Shown: positions 13,256 to 25,547, numbered from the stretch's first letter. The stretch is DNA of 64,000 nucleotides from Octopus sinensis (GCF_006345805.1 NC_042998.1:91698001-91762000); one strand, 5' to 3'. Notes: generated from the sequence alone by a model not told the origin. Numbers and translations: made by a program.

Positions 13256-13561
13256 CTGTGCCAGGAAAATGTCAAGGCCCTATTGAAGTTACTGATGTTC
13301 AAAGGGATTCTATTAGCATCAAATGGAAGGAACCTGAGGACAATGGCGGTTCTCCCCTTACTGGTTACATTATTGAACAACGAGAAAATTCAAGCACAGT
13401 CTGGACTAAAGCTGGAAAAGTTGATCAGTTTACTACTGCATTTTGTTGCAAGTATCTAACTGAGAAAACTGAATATCATTTCCGAGTTTTCGCTGTTAAT
13501 AAAATTGGAAAGAGTGAACCACTAGTAACCAAAGATGCTACATTGGCTCGAAGTCCATTTG
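13256..13561 (+). CDS. Exon 13, FN3 domain 13, type C
   Basis: tttttag; VPGKCQGPIEVTDVQRD...LARSPF; GTATGT; 306 nt. Confidence 0.92.
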
Positions 13562-14082
13562 GTATGTGTTTCTTTTTTTTTTTTTTAGTTAATAATTTGT
13601 CTGTACTGTATTATGAAAATAATATCACTTGTTTATCAATATAAAATATTTAAAACTTGGATATCTAAAACCTAAACAGTTTAAATATAATGATATTTGT
13701 TAAATTCTGTTTTATCTTGGTATTGTTAGTGTGCTAGTAATAAACACTGATTCTGTTTCACTTAATGACATATTGAACCTCTTAAGATACATGTCTCAAT
13801 GCATGAGTTCATATCAAGAATCTTGTAAACCAAATACAAAATCAACATAAAATATTGTTTAATATAATATTTTTAGCTACTGTTTAGAAAGTCTTAATAT
13901 TTCAGCAAACTTAAATCCTTACTTCTAGAATTTAACTATTTTCTTTAATGATGTAACATTTTAAACATCTTTTGTGAATTTAGACATATCTACTTAATTA
14001 CTTATTTAATTTTTCATGCATAAGATTAGTTTATCATATTTTGATAAAGTAACTAATTATAGTTTATATTTGTTATTTTTAG

Positions 14083-14388
14083 ACGTTCCTTCTAAACCAA
14101 AAGGACCTTTGGAAATCAGCAATGTTACACATGATTCTGCTGATTTAGAATGGAAACCATCTGAAAGTGATGGCGGTACTCCAATCACCAATTACATCAT
14201 TGAATTTAGGCCAACTGATAGCAAAACATGGGTCAAATGTGGTACTGTAGGCCCTGATGTAACAAAATATACTGCTTCAGATCTAATTGAGAATACTGAA
14301 TATTTGTTCCGAGTTGTTGCAGTGAATGCTGAAGGACGCAGTGAGCCTTTAGAAGCTAAAGATGTCACGATACCTCGGAAGAAGATAA
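14083..14388 (+). CDS. Exon 14, FN3 domain 14, type A
   Basis: tttttag; VPSKPKGPLEISNVT...PRKKI; GTAAGG; 306 nt. Confidence 0.92.
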
Positions 14389-14853
14389 GTAAGGGACAAA
14401 TTTTCTATTTTTCCTATTGTTAGATGTTTAATTTTCAACAGTTGTTTTAATACGTCCATTTATACCATATTGTTGGCAAAAGATGCTTTCTTTTGCTTTT
14501 GTAAATAACTTAATTTTCTTTTTAATTTGTACAAAAATATTTTATATTAAGAAGTGATTCTAAGTAATTAAAACGTGCCCATTAGTCTTTGTTTCATAGC
14601 ATATTTTGTAGTTAAACTAAAATTACAAGATATTCACATACCCAATTCAACACTCACTAATATATTTGACATGTTATGAAAAGGCTGGAAGCATCCTATT
14701 TTCTTTATGTTTACTTGTTAAATTCTTATATTTTATGCTTAATTTTTTAAATGCGATAAATGTTTAACAAATTGTTGAGTATGAGTATTTTTCTGTTATG
14801 TTTTTAATTAGATGGACAATTAAACTTAAAATCTTTTTTTTTTCATTGAAAAG

Positions 14854-16680
14854 GTCCTCCTGGCCCACCAATTGATCTCAAACCTTCTAAAGTTGGTGCT
14901 AACTTTGTAGTTTTGAATTGGTCTCCTCCTAAGTCTGATGGAGGATCTCCTATCACAGAATACATCATTAAAAAGAAAGAGAAGAAAGGTGATTGGGAAA
15001 TTGAAAGCACTGTTTCTGATTATGACACATCATTGAAAGTTAACCGTATGAAAGAAGAAGTACCATATTATTTCTCTGTCTTTGCAAAGAATAAAGCTGG
15101 CATCAGTATACCCTGTGAGATGGCAGAACCTATTATTCTGAAAAAGGAACCAACTCCACCTTCCAAACCTGTTGGACCTATTGAAGTTATTGATGTTCAA
15201 TGTAACTCTATAACTATCAAATGGAAACCATCAACTCAGGATGGAGGCTCACCTATTACAGGTTATATTGTTGAGAAGCGAGAAGAGAATAAGACTTATT
15301 GGTCCAAAGTAGAAACTGTTGATCCACACACTACACAGCTTTGCTGTCCAAATTTGAGAGAGAAAACTTCCTATCATTTTAGAGTAATTGCAGTGAATAA
15401 AATTGGTCAGAGTGAGCCACTAGAAACAGAAGGAGCTACTTTAGCTAAGAGCCCATTTGATGTTCCATCAGCACCTCTGGGACCACTAGAAGTTACAAAT
15501 GTAACTGTGAATACTGCAGATCTTGAGTGGAAACCCCCAAAATCTGATGGTGGTTCTAGCATTACTGAGTACCTTATTGAAGTAAAAACTGTTGGCAGAT
15601 CCACTTGGTCAAAGGCTGGCACTGTGGATGGTAAAACTACTCAATTCACAGTTAAAAAGCTAATTGAAGATACAGAATATTTGTTCCGTGTTATTGCAAT
15701 AAATGCTGAAGGGAAGAGCCCTCCACTTGAAGCATCAGACATTACTAAGCCAACTAGAAAGCTCTCACCTCCTGGTCCTCCAAGATCAGTTGAGCCAACA
15801 AAAGTTGGAGAAGATTATGCTGTAATAGAATGGCATCCACCTAAAAGTGATGGTGGCTCTCCAATTACAAATTATATCTTATTCAAGCGAGAGAAGAAAA
15901 CAGGTGATTTTACAAAAGTAGTAACCCTGAAAGAATTTGATTCATTTTATAAAATACCAAATCTTAAGGAAAACACAGAATACTATTTCGGTGTTGCAGC
16001 TGAAAATAAAGTTGGCCAAGGTGAAATTGGAGAAACAGCAACACCAGTTATCCCAAAGAAGGCAGCAACAGTTCCAGGCAAATGTATTGGACCAATTGCT
16101 GTGACAGATGTTCAGCGTAATTCAATTAGCATTAAATGGGAACCTCCAAAAGATGATGGTGGTTCTCCAGTGACCGGCTATACTGTAGAAAAACGAGAAG
16201 CTTCAAGCTCCATGTGGACTAAAGTTAGCAAAGTTGATGAATTAACAACTCAACTAAAGGTTGGAAATCTTACAGAAAAGACTGAATACTATTTTAGAGT
16301 AACAGCTGAAAACAAAGTTGGAAAAGGACCACCATTAGAGACTAATGATGCCACTCTTGCTAAAAGTCCTTTCAACCCACCTTCTATTCCTATTGGCCCA
16401 CTTGAAGTCGATAATGTCACTCATAACAGTGCTGACCTTCACTGGAAAGCACCTAAAGATGATGGTGGATCACCAATAACAGGATACATAATTGAACACA
16501 AGGTAGCTTCCAGATCCACTTGGTCAAAGTGTGGTACAGTTGGTGAAAAAGTAAAAGATTTTACAGTTTCTGGATTATCCGAAGGCACTGAATATCTCTT
16601 TGGTGTCATTGCTGTCAATGCTGAAGGCCAAAGCCAACGTTTAGAAGCTACTGATGTTACTATCCCAACCAGAGTATCAG
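14854..16680 (+). CDS. Exon 15, six fused FN3 domains 15-20 (B-C-A-B-C-A)
   Basis: Poly-T tract then gaaaag acceptor; open 1827 nt = 300+306+306+303+306+306; GTATGT donor at 16681; matches the 603-aa ORF. Confidence 0.93.
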
Positions 16681-17179
16681 GTATGTTAATGCTATACTCA
16701 TTGCAATTTAAAAAAGATTCTTAAGAATTACTGAGTTCCTGACTATTATACCAAATGGGGATGAAGTTTTGTAGATATTCATCAATAAATATATGTGGGG
16801 TTTATCTTATTTCTATAAAAGTATCTGTTATTTTAAAATTCTTTCTAGTGAAGTCATACTGATTTTCAATAGCAGCAATAGTTTTATTTGATAAAGTTTA
16901 TTAAACTTTTATGAAATATTGCCAAATTGAGATTTAGTAGATTTAATGTTATGAAACAACGCATTCCTAATATTGGAATTAAGAAGTTGGTATTAAAAGT
17001 AAAATGAGAAATAAAAACAGGAGGATTTAATAAACTAGAAATAAAGGAGGATGAAAAGAAAGAAGGAAAGAAAAACATTGAATCTTCAGTTTTTGTTTGT
17101 AAAAAGACTAAATATATTATAGTTAAGCCTTGAATAAATTTAACATATGCAAATTTCTAGACACTGGAGTTTGTTATGT

Positions 17180-17372
17180 CATCAGCATTATCAGCATTTT
17201 GTCCACTTTCCATGCTGGCATGGGTTGGATCATTTGGCATGATCCAGTGAGTTGGGGAAGCACATCTGGTTTCAATGTTTCAGTTTTAGCATGGTGTATA
17301 TGACTGGATGCCCTTCTTAGTACCAACCCCTTTATAGAGTGTACTGGGTGCAATTTGTTGTGGTACCAGCAC
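17180..17372 (-). mobile_element. SINE-like family S1, degenerate reverse copy
   Basis: gtccactttccatgctggcatgggttgga...ctggatgcccttct is the reverse complement of the S1 core. Confidence 0.65.
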
Positions 17373-18261
17373 TATAGAAGTTGTTTTGCCTTTGACCATA
17401 CTAAAGCGTTCTCTTGATTCTGCATTGCCTCTCCTCAATTCAACAATCATTTCACACCAGTACTATATGTTTGAAAAGTATTTCATATTGAATACTAAAA
17501 TAGCTTGTATTTAAATATGAAAATATTGTACTAGAATTAGCAGCTTAAAATGAGGAATTGATATTTTGTCATGAATACCAAAATTCAGAATCTTAACATT
17601 CGTATCTTAGGACACTGTAGAGAAAATTGGAAAGCCAGTTTGATAATTTTTTAGATTTTAGAATCTTAATATAGTAAATATGGACTTAGAAGTTCATAAT
17701 GAATTCTGAAAGATAGCATTATAATTTTTTATTATTTAAGAAGCTTAGAACAGACTTTTTAGCTGTTGGGTTTGACAAATGAAAGTGAAAATAATTGCAC
17801 TATAAGCATAATAAGCAGTGATATTCAATGAAGCATAACAATTTGTTTCATAGTCCTTCTATTTAGCCAGTTAAATATTTGCTTTTATTGTTTGACAGTG
17901 CTTTAATGTAGGCATTGTTATTAAATACACTTCATATTTTTCAAATATTTTTTACCTTGCGTCAATATAGTTAAAATATTTTGTAATATACTTTTCACTT
18001 TATTCATGCTAAGTTGTGTTAACTTGCTATTAGAATCCATTTTCAAATATTTTTTATATTTCCTCAATTGTGTTTAGAAATCCAAAATTCATTATAGTTG
18101 TAATTTTAGGGTAATCCATGAAACAAACCATATGTTCTATTCCTTGTAATTTTCAATATTTAAAGTTATTTTCATTGATAAAAATATTTTTAATGGTTTG
18201 GATATCTAGTAATTTTAATGCAAAAGTACATCATTTACTTATATTTGACTTCTTATTTCAG

Positions 18262-18564
18262 TTGTTCCAGGACCACCACAGAACTTCAAACATACTAAAC
18301 TTACAGAAGATTATTGTTTAGTAAGTTGGAATCCACCTGAAAGTGATGGCGGTTCCAAAATAACTGATTATATTATCAAAAAGAAAGAAAAGAAAACTGG
18401 AAGCTGGACTGATGTAACAACAGTTAGTGGCTATGAAAATTCTTGTAAGGTGCCTAATTTGAAAGTGGGTGTGGAGTATTACTTCTCTGTCAGTGCTCAG
18501 AATAAAGTTGGTATTGGAAAGGCTGCTGAAACACAAAAGCCCATCATCCCACGAAAGGATGCTA
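18262..18564 (+). CDS. Exon 16, FN3 domain 21, type B
   Basis: atttcag; VPGPPQNFKHTKLT...PRKDA; GTAAGT; 303 nt. Confidence 0.9.
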
Positions 18565-18622
18565 GTAAGTCATAAGTTGTTTAATAAGATTGATTTGATT
18601 AATGTTGTTTATTTAGAAAATA

Positions 18623-19020
18623 CTAGCAGTATCGCCCGCCGTTGCTCGGGTTTGTAAGGGAAATAACTATATAAGCATTTTTAGAAAGTTATAGCCAAAA
18701 TATAGCAAAAAAATGCATTAAAAATGGGAAAAAAAATGATGGTAAATTTTTTTTTAAATCGTTGACTCATCGTAGACATTTTTAGAGAGTTACTTCCATA
18801 TAATAGCGAAAAAAATGCATTAAAATGGAAAAAAAATGATCGTAAATTTTTTTTTAAATCGTAGACTCATCGTAGACGTGCGCTAATACCTAGAAGGGCT
18901 CGATATGAATCACGACTGTAAGATACCCGGTTTTGGTTAAACTGCACCGCAAAATGTGGGAGTAGTTAGGAATCTAAATCATAGGAGATAGACACACAAC
19001 TTCTCTTCTATATATAAAGA
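18623..19020 (-). mobile_element. Non-autonomous Helitron, 398 bp
   Basis: On the minus strand it begins TC (tctttatatata), ends CTAG with a CCCG..CGGG hairpin just upstream, and sits between A18622 and T19021 with no target duplication; internal ~100-bp tandem duplication. Confidence 0.8.
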
Positions 19021-19232
19021 TATATTTTATTTCTTATGAAATAACAATTGTATTTGAGTTTATTTTTTGTTTTTGTGGGGAGGGGGCAGTTTTAAATATC
19101 ACTCAAACATGTTAAAATTATCAAATTAGGATTTCATATGCATTTTATATTCATATTTTATTGCTTAATATTTCAATATATTTTGATATTTAATTTCTAA
19201 TTACAAATCAATCTTTCTTTTATATTTTCTAG

Positions 19233-19538
19233 CTGCTCCATTTAAAGCAACAGGTCCTATTGTGGTTGTTGATGTCCAAAGAAATAGCATTACAATTAAA
19301 TGGTTACCACCAAAAGAAGATGGTGGTTCACCTTTGACAGGATATCTTATTGAGAAGCGAGAAGCTTCCAGTAAAGTATGGTCGAAGGTTGATAAAGTTG
19401 CTGATTTCATCACTCAGTACTGTGTGAAGAATCTTGAAGAAAAAACAGAATATCATTTTAGAGTAATTGCTATTAATGAAGTTGGACAAAGTGAACCTCT
19501 TGAAACTTCTGAAGCTACATTGGCTAAACACAAATATG
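19233..19538 (+). CDS. Exon 17, FN3 domain 22, type C
   Basis: tttctag; APFKATGPIVVVDVQRN...LAKHKY; GTATGA; 306 nt. Confidence 0.92.
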
Positions 19539-19840
19539 GTATGAAATTAATGAATCATAAATTAAATTTCAAAGCTACTCATTTACTTGTAATTTTCAAT
19601 AGATGTTTATCAAATCACTAATATAGAATATAATGTTCTCTTAATTTTAAGTGCTTTTAACAAAAACAATATTTCTATCCATTATACCTTTGTATTTTCT
19701 TGTAATGTCTTTCATTCGAAATTAAATGTATCTACTACTTTAGTTTGTTGTTTATAAAAATAAAAGTTGTTTTATCTCTAAAATAAGCAAAACTACTTCA
19801 TATGAATGAGTGTAATTAAAAACTTTTTTCTGTTTATTAG

Positions 19841-20146
19841 ATGTTCCATATAGTCCAAGAGGCCCACTTATTGTTGATAATGTCACTCACAACTCAGCTG
19901 ACCTTTCTTGGAAACCTCCTGAAAGTGACGGTGGTTCTGACATCATTAATTATATTATTGAAGTCAGTTCAACTGATCGTCCATCGTGGACAAGATGTGG
20001 TGTTGTAGCTCCTGATATAACAAAATACACAGCTCAGAATCTGACCGATGGCACTGTGTATCTTTTCCGAGTCAGTGCAATAAACTCAGAAGGAATAAGC
20101 AGGCCACTTGTTGCTCTTGATGAAACCAAACCAATGAAAGATTTGT
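19841..20146 (+). CDS. Exon 18, FN3 domain 23, type A (absent from ORF track)
   Basis: ttattag; VPYSPRGPLIVDNVTHNSADLSW...TKPMKDL; GTATGT; 306 nt. Confidence 0.9.
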
Positions 20147-20766
20147 GTATGTAGTTCATTCTTATAATTACATTATATTTTTGTAATTTACATGGAAATC
20201 TTAATAAAGTTTTCTCAACACCAACAAAATTCATTCACCAATAGCTTCCTATAGATTCTTGAATGCAAATCTAGAATTGAAATAATATGTAAGAATGTTT
20301 GAAATATATTCATTACTCATCTAAGTGAAAATATTTATACTTTATATTTTCAGGAACTAGTGCTCAACTACTCACACTTAAAATAGAATTACAACAAATT
20401 ATCATTACTAAGCAGAAAAACTTTTTATTTTGCACATAAAATAAATTATTTTTCATACATATAATACACATGCTCAATATAAGATAATTAAAAGAATAAA
20501 ATAATTGTAAGGAGTGTAATGGTTGAATGTAAGAAATTTAAGCAATAGCCTATAAAATATTCTATATTGTTAATTATCTTATATACATAACTCTTACTAA
20601 ATTTTAATCACATTTGGATGTCATTATTTTAAAATTATTATTTTATTTTCATAGTTAATTTGTAATAAATAATCTTCTACCATAATGATCAATTAATTAA
20701 CATTAAATAATTCTTTTTCTTTCAAATCTTTATTTACATTTTTGTTTTCTCCTTTTTTTAATATAG

Positions 20767-21060
20767 CCCCACCCGGACCTCCTACAAATTTGAAACCTGT
20801 GAAAATTGGAACCAACTTTGTAGACTTAGAATGGTTACCACCATTGAGAGATGGTGGTTCTAAGGTTACCAAATATATCATCAAGAAGAAAGAAGATGAC
20901 AAATGGACTAAAGTGACAACTGTTGAAGCTTTTGATAATTCTTGCAGAATTAAAGACTTGAAAGATGATACCAAGTATTATTTTGCAGTTTTTGCTGAAA
21001 ACAAGATTGGCTTAAGTGAACCTTGTGAAACAAAGCCTGTTAAACCACAAAAAGAATTAC
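20767..21060 (+). CDS. Exon 19, FN3 domain 24, type B
   Basis: aatatag; PPGPPTNLKPVKIG...PQKEL; GTAAGA; 294 nt. Confidence 0.92.
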
Positions 21061-21824
21061 GTAAGAGACTGTTTGTTTCATTAATAACTTTTTGTGTCCT
21101 GCTTATTTAATCATTGCTTGGATGAGTGGTACTGTGCTTTAACTGGGCCAATATACTGTTGAAAGATAATAAAACATCTGAAACTACACATGTTTGTATG
21201 AGAATCACTACAAAGGATATGATTTTCCATTTAAAATATTCACTTAAAATATAAACTATTGATTATTTAAAGATCTAATATTATGAAATGAGTTATTATG
21301 CAGATGATAATTGTCCAGAGTATTGAGTTACTTTTGGGAGTGTGAATTATATTCACATTGATTCAAACTCCAATTATCATAAGATGCCTTATTTCCGAAC
21401 ATGTACATTCATTCCATGAAACTTGAACTAGAACTTTTGATTCAAACAAAAGATTCTTAGCCACTCTGTCACATGTTCCAGTGTCTTAATATATGCACCA
21501 AGTGCTTAGTAGATTGGGAAGTTAACAATAAGATTTAGAAATAATGTGTCCTTGTTTGAATTTGGTTTGCAAATATATTTGAGATAAGGTACCTTATAAT
21601 AATTAGTAATAAAAACCTAATGTAAATATTAATATATTCTCAACAGATGAGATTAATTGTCTGAAAAATTATCCTCTAAATATGGAAGTCTTTTCCAAAA
21701 TGCAAAAAGAATCACAAGAATTACTGTCATCTTTATGCTACTTTATTGGCTGAGTTTTATGTTTCATGAGGGCAGTATTTATCATTTAATTAAAACTAAA
21801 CTTTCCTCTTTAAATATATTTCAG

Positions 21825-22130
21825 TTGCACCTTCAATACCAATTGGTCCAATTTCTGTCATTGATGTCCAAAGAAATTCAATTACTATTAAATGGAAAGC
21901 ACCTAAGGATGATGGTGGTTCTCCCATCATTGGTTATTTGGTTGAGAAACAAGAAGCATCTCGTAACAAGTGGTCTAAAGTTGATCGAACCAGTGCTTCA
22001 ACTACAGAACTCTGTTGCAAGAACCTTATTGAGAAAACTGAATATTATTTCCGTGTCTTTGCTGAAAATGAAATTGGACAGAGTCCTCCTTTGGAAACTG
22101 AAGGAACAACTCTTGCTAAGAGTCCATATG
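21825..22130 (+). CDS. Exon 20, FN3 domain 25, type C
   Basis: atttcag; APSIPIGPISVIDVQRN...LAKSPY; GTATGT; 306 nt. Confidence 0.92.
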
Positions 22131-22384
22131 GTATGTAAAATAAATTTTGGATCAATTAATTTAGAATTACATTTTGACATATTTGCTGTCCATGAAAATA
22201 ATTAGATATGTTTTGGTCCTTCAGTGATATTACAATATCTGTTATAATTTTATTAATTTCTGTAACTATACTATTAAAAGAACTTCTTTAAAAACTCATT
22301 AAAGAACCAAAAATATTTAAAAGAAGGATAACCTGTTTTCAGTGCTGGTTATTACAGCAGTAGTTTTCTATTATATCCCTTGGC

Positions 22385-22449
22385 TGGCCAAAGCCTTGTT
22401 AGTGAATTTGGGAGATGGAAACTGAAAGAAACCTCTCATATATATATAT

Positions 22450-22493
<44 letters not shown>

Positions 22494-22975
22494 AGAATGA
22501 GATAATAAATGTTTCCTTCTTGAGCCATGCCAGGCTTATGAGGGGCAGTTTCAATGGTGTATATATTCTCCACCTGGATGGGATGCCGGTCCGTTGCAAG
22601 ATTACTCATTTTTGCCAGTTGAGAGGACTGGAGCAATGTGAAATGAAGTATTTTGCTCAAGAACACAACGCATCACCTGGTCCAGGAATCAAAACCACAA
22701 TCTTATGATCAGGAGTCCACCACTCTAACCACTAAGCTACATGCCTCCACTATATATATGTGTGTGTGTGTATGTATGAGAGTGAGTGAGTGTGTGTCTT
22801 TGTGTTTGTATTTGTCCCCCACCACTGATAAACAACCAGTGTTGATTTGTTTACACCCCCTAATATAGTGGTTTGGCAAAAAAGATCAATAGAATAAATA
22901 CCAGGCTTAAAACTAAGGCAGTGTTCCAGCATGGCTGTGGTCCAATAACTGAATCAAGTAAAAGATAAAAGATAA
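22385..22975 (+). mobile_element. SINE-like family S2 copy interrupted at its (TA)n tract by a reverse-strand SINE
   Basis: S2 5' motif at 22388-22431, (TA)n at 22438-22491, and S2 3' part resuming at about 22752. Confidence 0.6.
22505..22750 (-). mobile_element. tRNA-derived SINE family S4
   Basis: Minus strand starts ggaggcatgtagcttagtggttagagtg (box A-like) then ggttttgattcc (box B-like); related + copy at about 59965. Confidence 0.65.
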
Positions 22976-23274
22976 GTGCAATAAGTCTGCTCAAGCTGAG
23001 CTGGCCATGGATGCCATTAAAAAAAACCTATCTTAATGTAATAAAAAGAATTTATATCCAACACCTAGTTCTCAAGAAATATAATTTATATGCACATCAT
23101 TAAAAAGTTAATACAGAAATTAATTTTTGGATAAATTTTATTGTAAAATAATATGATCTTAATAGGGTTTGATGTAATTGATGTTATGCTATACTTAGTT
23201 TCCGTTGTTATTTCTAACATAATTGGTTATGACTGCTTACTATTAATCTTGGTAATGCTTTTGTTCATTTCCAG

Positions 23275-23580
23275 ATGTTCCATCTCCACCAGTAGGACCA
23301 TTAAAGATCAGCAATGTTACATTTAACAGTGCTGACTTAGAATGGAAACCTTCTGAAAAGGATGGCGGGACACCTATAACTAATTATATCATTGAATACA
23401 AGACTTTAGACAGAACCACATGGTCTAAAGCAGGATCAGTTGATGCACATACCACAACATACACAGCAAAAGATCTCTTTGAAAATACTGAGTATCTATT
23501 CCGAGTCATTGCTGTCAATGCAGAAGGCCGCAGTGCTCCTTTGGAAGCTACAGATATTACAAAACCAACACGAGATCTAA
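23275..23580 (+). CDS. Exon 21, FN3 domain 26, type A (absent from ORF track)
   Basis: tttccag; VPSPPVGPLKISNVTFNSADLEW...TKPTRDL; GTAAGA; 306 nt. Confidence 0.9.
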
Positions 23581-23865
23581 GTAAGATTTTGCTTTAAAAT
23601 TTATAACAATTCTTAAAGAAAATTAAGTTTTTAGGCTATATCAACAGATTTTTAGCATGGTATGTGGATGTTAAATGGTGATGATTTATACTGTATAAAA
23701 ATTTTGTTTATAAAATTTATTGAATTCTCTCATGGAATAACTTTAAAAATTATTTCACATTTTCTATATTTTATATATTTTCACAAATATGTCTAATAAT
23801 ATATGGTTATTATTTAAAATATATGCTTTTGAAATTTTAAATATTAAAATTTTTTCAATTTCTAG

Positions 23866-24168
23866 AACCTCCAGAGCCTCCTATTGATTTAGTTCCAACC
23901 AAAGTAGGAGAAGACTATGCTTCATTAGAATGGAAACCACCAAGGAATGATGGTGGCAGTCCTATTACAGGCTACATCATTCAGAAAGCAGTCAATAAAC
24001 CTGACAACTGGAGTAAAGTTACAAAAGTGGGTCCCTATGAAACATTCTGTAAAGCAGTTTCTCTCCAGGATGGCACTGAATACTACTTCTCAGCAATTGC
24101 TGAAAACAAAGTGGGATTGAGTGAACCATGTGTGAGTCCAAAACCTGTGATACCCAAGAAAGGACCAA
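23866..24168 (+). CDS. Exon 22, FN3 domain 27, type B
   Basis: tttctag; PPEPPIDLVPTKVG...PKKGP; GTAAGT; 303 nt. Confidence 0.92.
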
Positions 24169-24356
24169 GTAAGTTTCAATCTGTTAGAATACATTTATAT
24201 TTTATATATAATCTATTTATGGAGATATTTTTAAACTCTAATTTCTAGTAACATTCTCATTTAAAATTATATTTAAAAATCATGTTGTAGATAGATGGAT
24301 ATATATATTTATCTTTGTATGAAATATGTTACATATTCCTAATTCTTGTTTTTCAG

Positions 24357-24662
24357 CTATTCCTGCTAAACCAGAAGGACCTCTTGTGGTCACTGATGTT
24401 CAGCGTACCTCCATTAGTATTAAATGGAAGCCTTCACCAGATGATGGTGGCTCTCCCATAACAGGTTACATTGTTGAGAAACGTGCTGCATCAAGCACGT
24501 TTTGGAACAAAGTTTCCAAAGTCAATGCATCCACTTTTGAATTGTGCTGTCCATATCTAAAAGAGAAAACTGAATATTATTTCCGTGTTATTGCTGAAAA
24601 CAGAGTTGGAGAGAGTGCTCCTTTGGAGACCAAGGATGCTACTCTTGCAAAGAGTCCATTTG
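24357..24662 (+). CDS. Exon 23, FN3 domain 28, type C
   Basis: ttttcag; IPAKPEGPLVVTDVQRT...LAKSPF; GTAAGT; 306 nt. Confidence 0.92.
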
Positions 24663-24884
24663 GTAAGTACATACTATACATAACTTAAAAGAATTTCACT
24701 TAAAGTCATCAGAATTTTAAAAATATATTTTAATTTCAGTTGCATCAGAATATCATAAAAAGATTACATCTGAAATCCCAAAGCTATAGTTGATGAATAT
24801 TTTCCAGTTTTGTAAAGTTGCTTTCATAAAGATCTACATTATTATTTATTAATCAAACTTCTGTTAATTTAGCCCAAACTCTGG

Positions 24885-25002
24885 CTCGATATTCCACTGA
24901 AGTCGACTTTGCCTTTCATCCTTTTGGAGTTGATAAATTAAGTACCAGTCGCGTACTGGGTCGATCTAATCAACTGGCCTTGTACCTAGAGTAGAAAAGA
25001 AT
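24885..25002 (+). mobile_element. SINE-like family S5 fragment
   Basis: gtcgactttgcctttcatcctttt.gagttgataaattaagtaccag recurs at about 30010, 33430, 33660 (+) and 43160 (-). Confidence 0.6.
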
Positions 25003-25241
25003 AGAATATTTAGTTAGAAATGTTTGATATGTATCACTGATATATTTTAAATGATTGTAATCAATAAAATTTCCTAGAAGACACCTTATGCAATCAAAAG
25101 TCCATATTCATTTTGAACAAGGATAAAAGTTTATAAGAAAAGTTTTAAAATCTCTCCCAGAAAATATTTGTTGATATATCATTTTAAATATTCATGTTTC
25201 ATTTATAGACTATAACATGATCTTTTATATAAATTTTTCAG

Positions 25242-25547
25242 ATGTTCCTTCAAGCCCACAGGGACCACTTGAAGTTGATAATGTAACTTATAATTCTGTT
25301 GACCTTACATGGAAGGCACCAAAGAATGATGGTGGCAAACCAGTAACTAGTTATATTATTGAATACAAGCAAGCCTCACGTACATATTACACTAAAGCTG
25401 GAACTGTGGATGGATCAACTCTTACTTTCTATGTTTCAAATCTAAACGAAGATACTGAATATTATTTCCGTGTTATTGCTGTGAATGAAGAAGGCCAAAG
25501 TCAACCACTGGAAACTTCTGATTACACTAAATTACCCAAGAAAGTTG
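25242..25547 (+). CDS. Exon 24, FN3 domain 29, type A
   Basis: ttttcag; VPSSPQGPLEVDNVT...LPKKV; GTAAGT; 306 nt. Confidence 0.92.

Noticed and set aside
18262-18270. Alternative in-frame acceptors 9 nt into B exons (also exons 22 and 25)
   Set aside because: They arise from Pro-Gly/Glu codons (CCA G). The upstream AG has the pyrimidine tract and gives canonical length, and there is no evidence of use without RNA data.
22640-22750. tRNA gene on the minus strand (also about 59965-60040 on +)
   Set aside because: Degenerate A/B boxes without a full cloverleaf, continuing into a shared repeat body. These are SINE heads.
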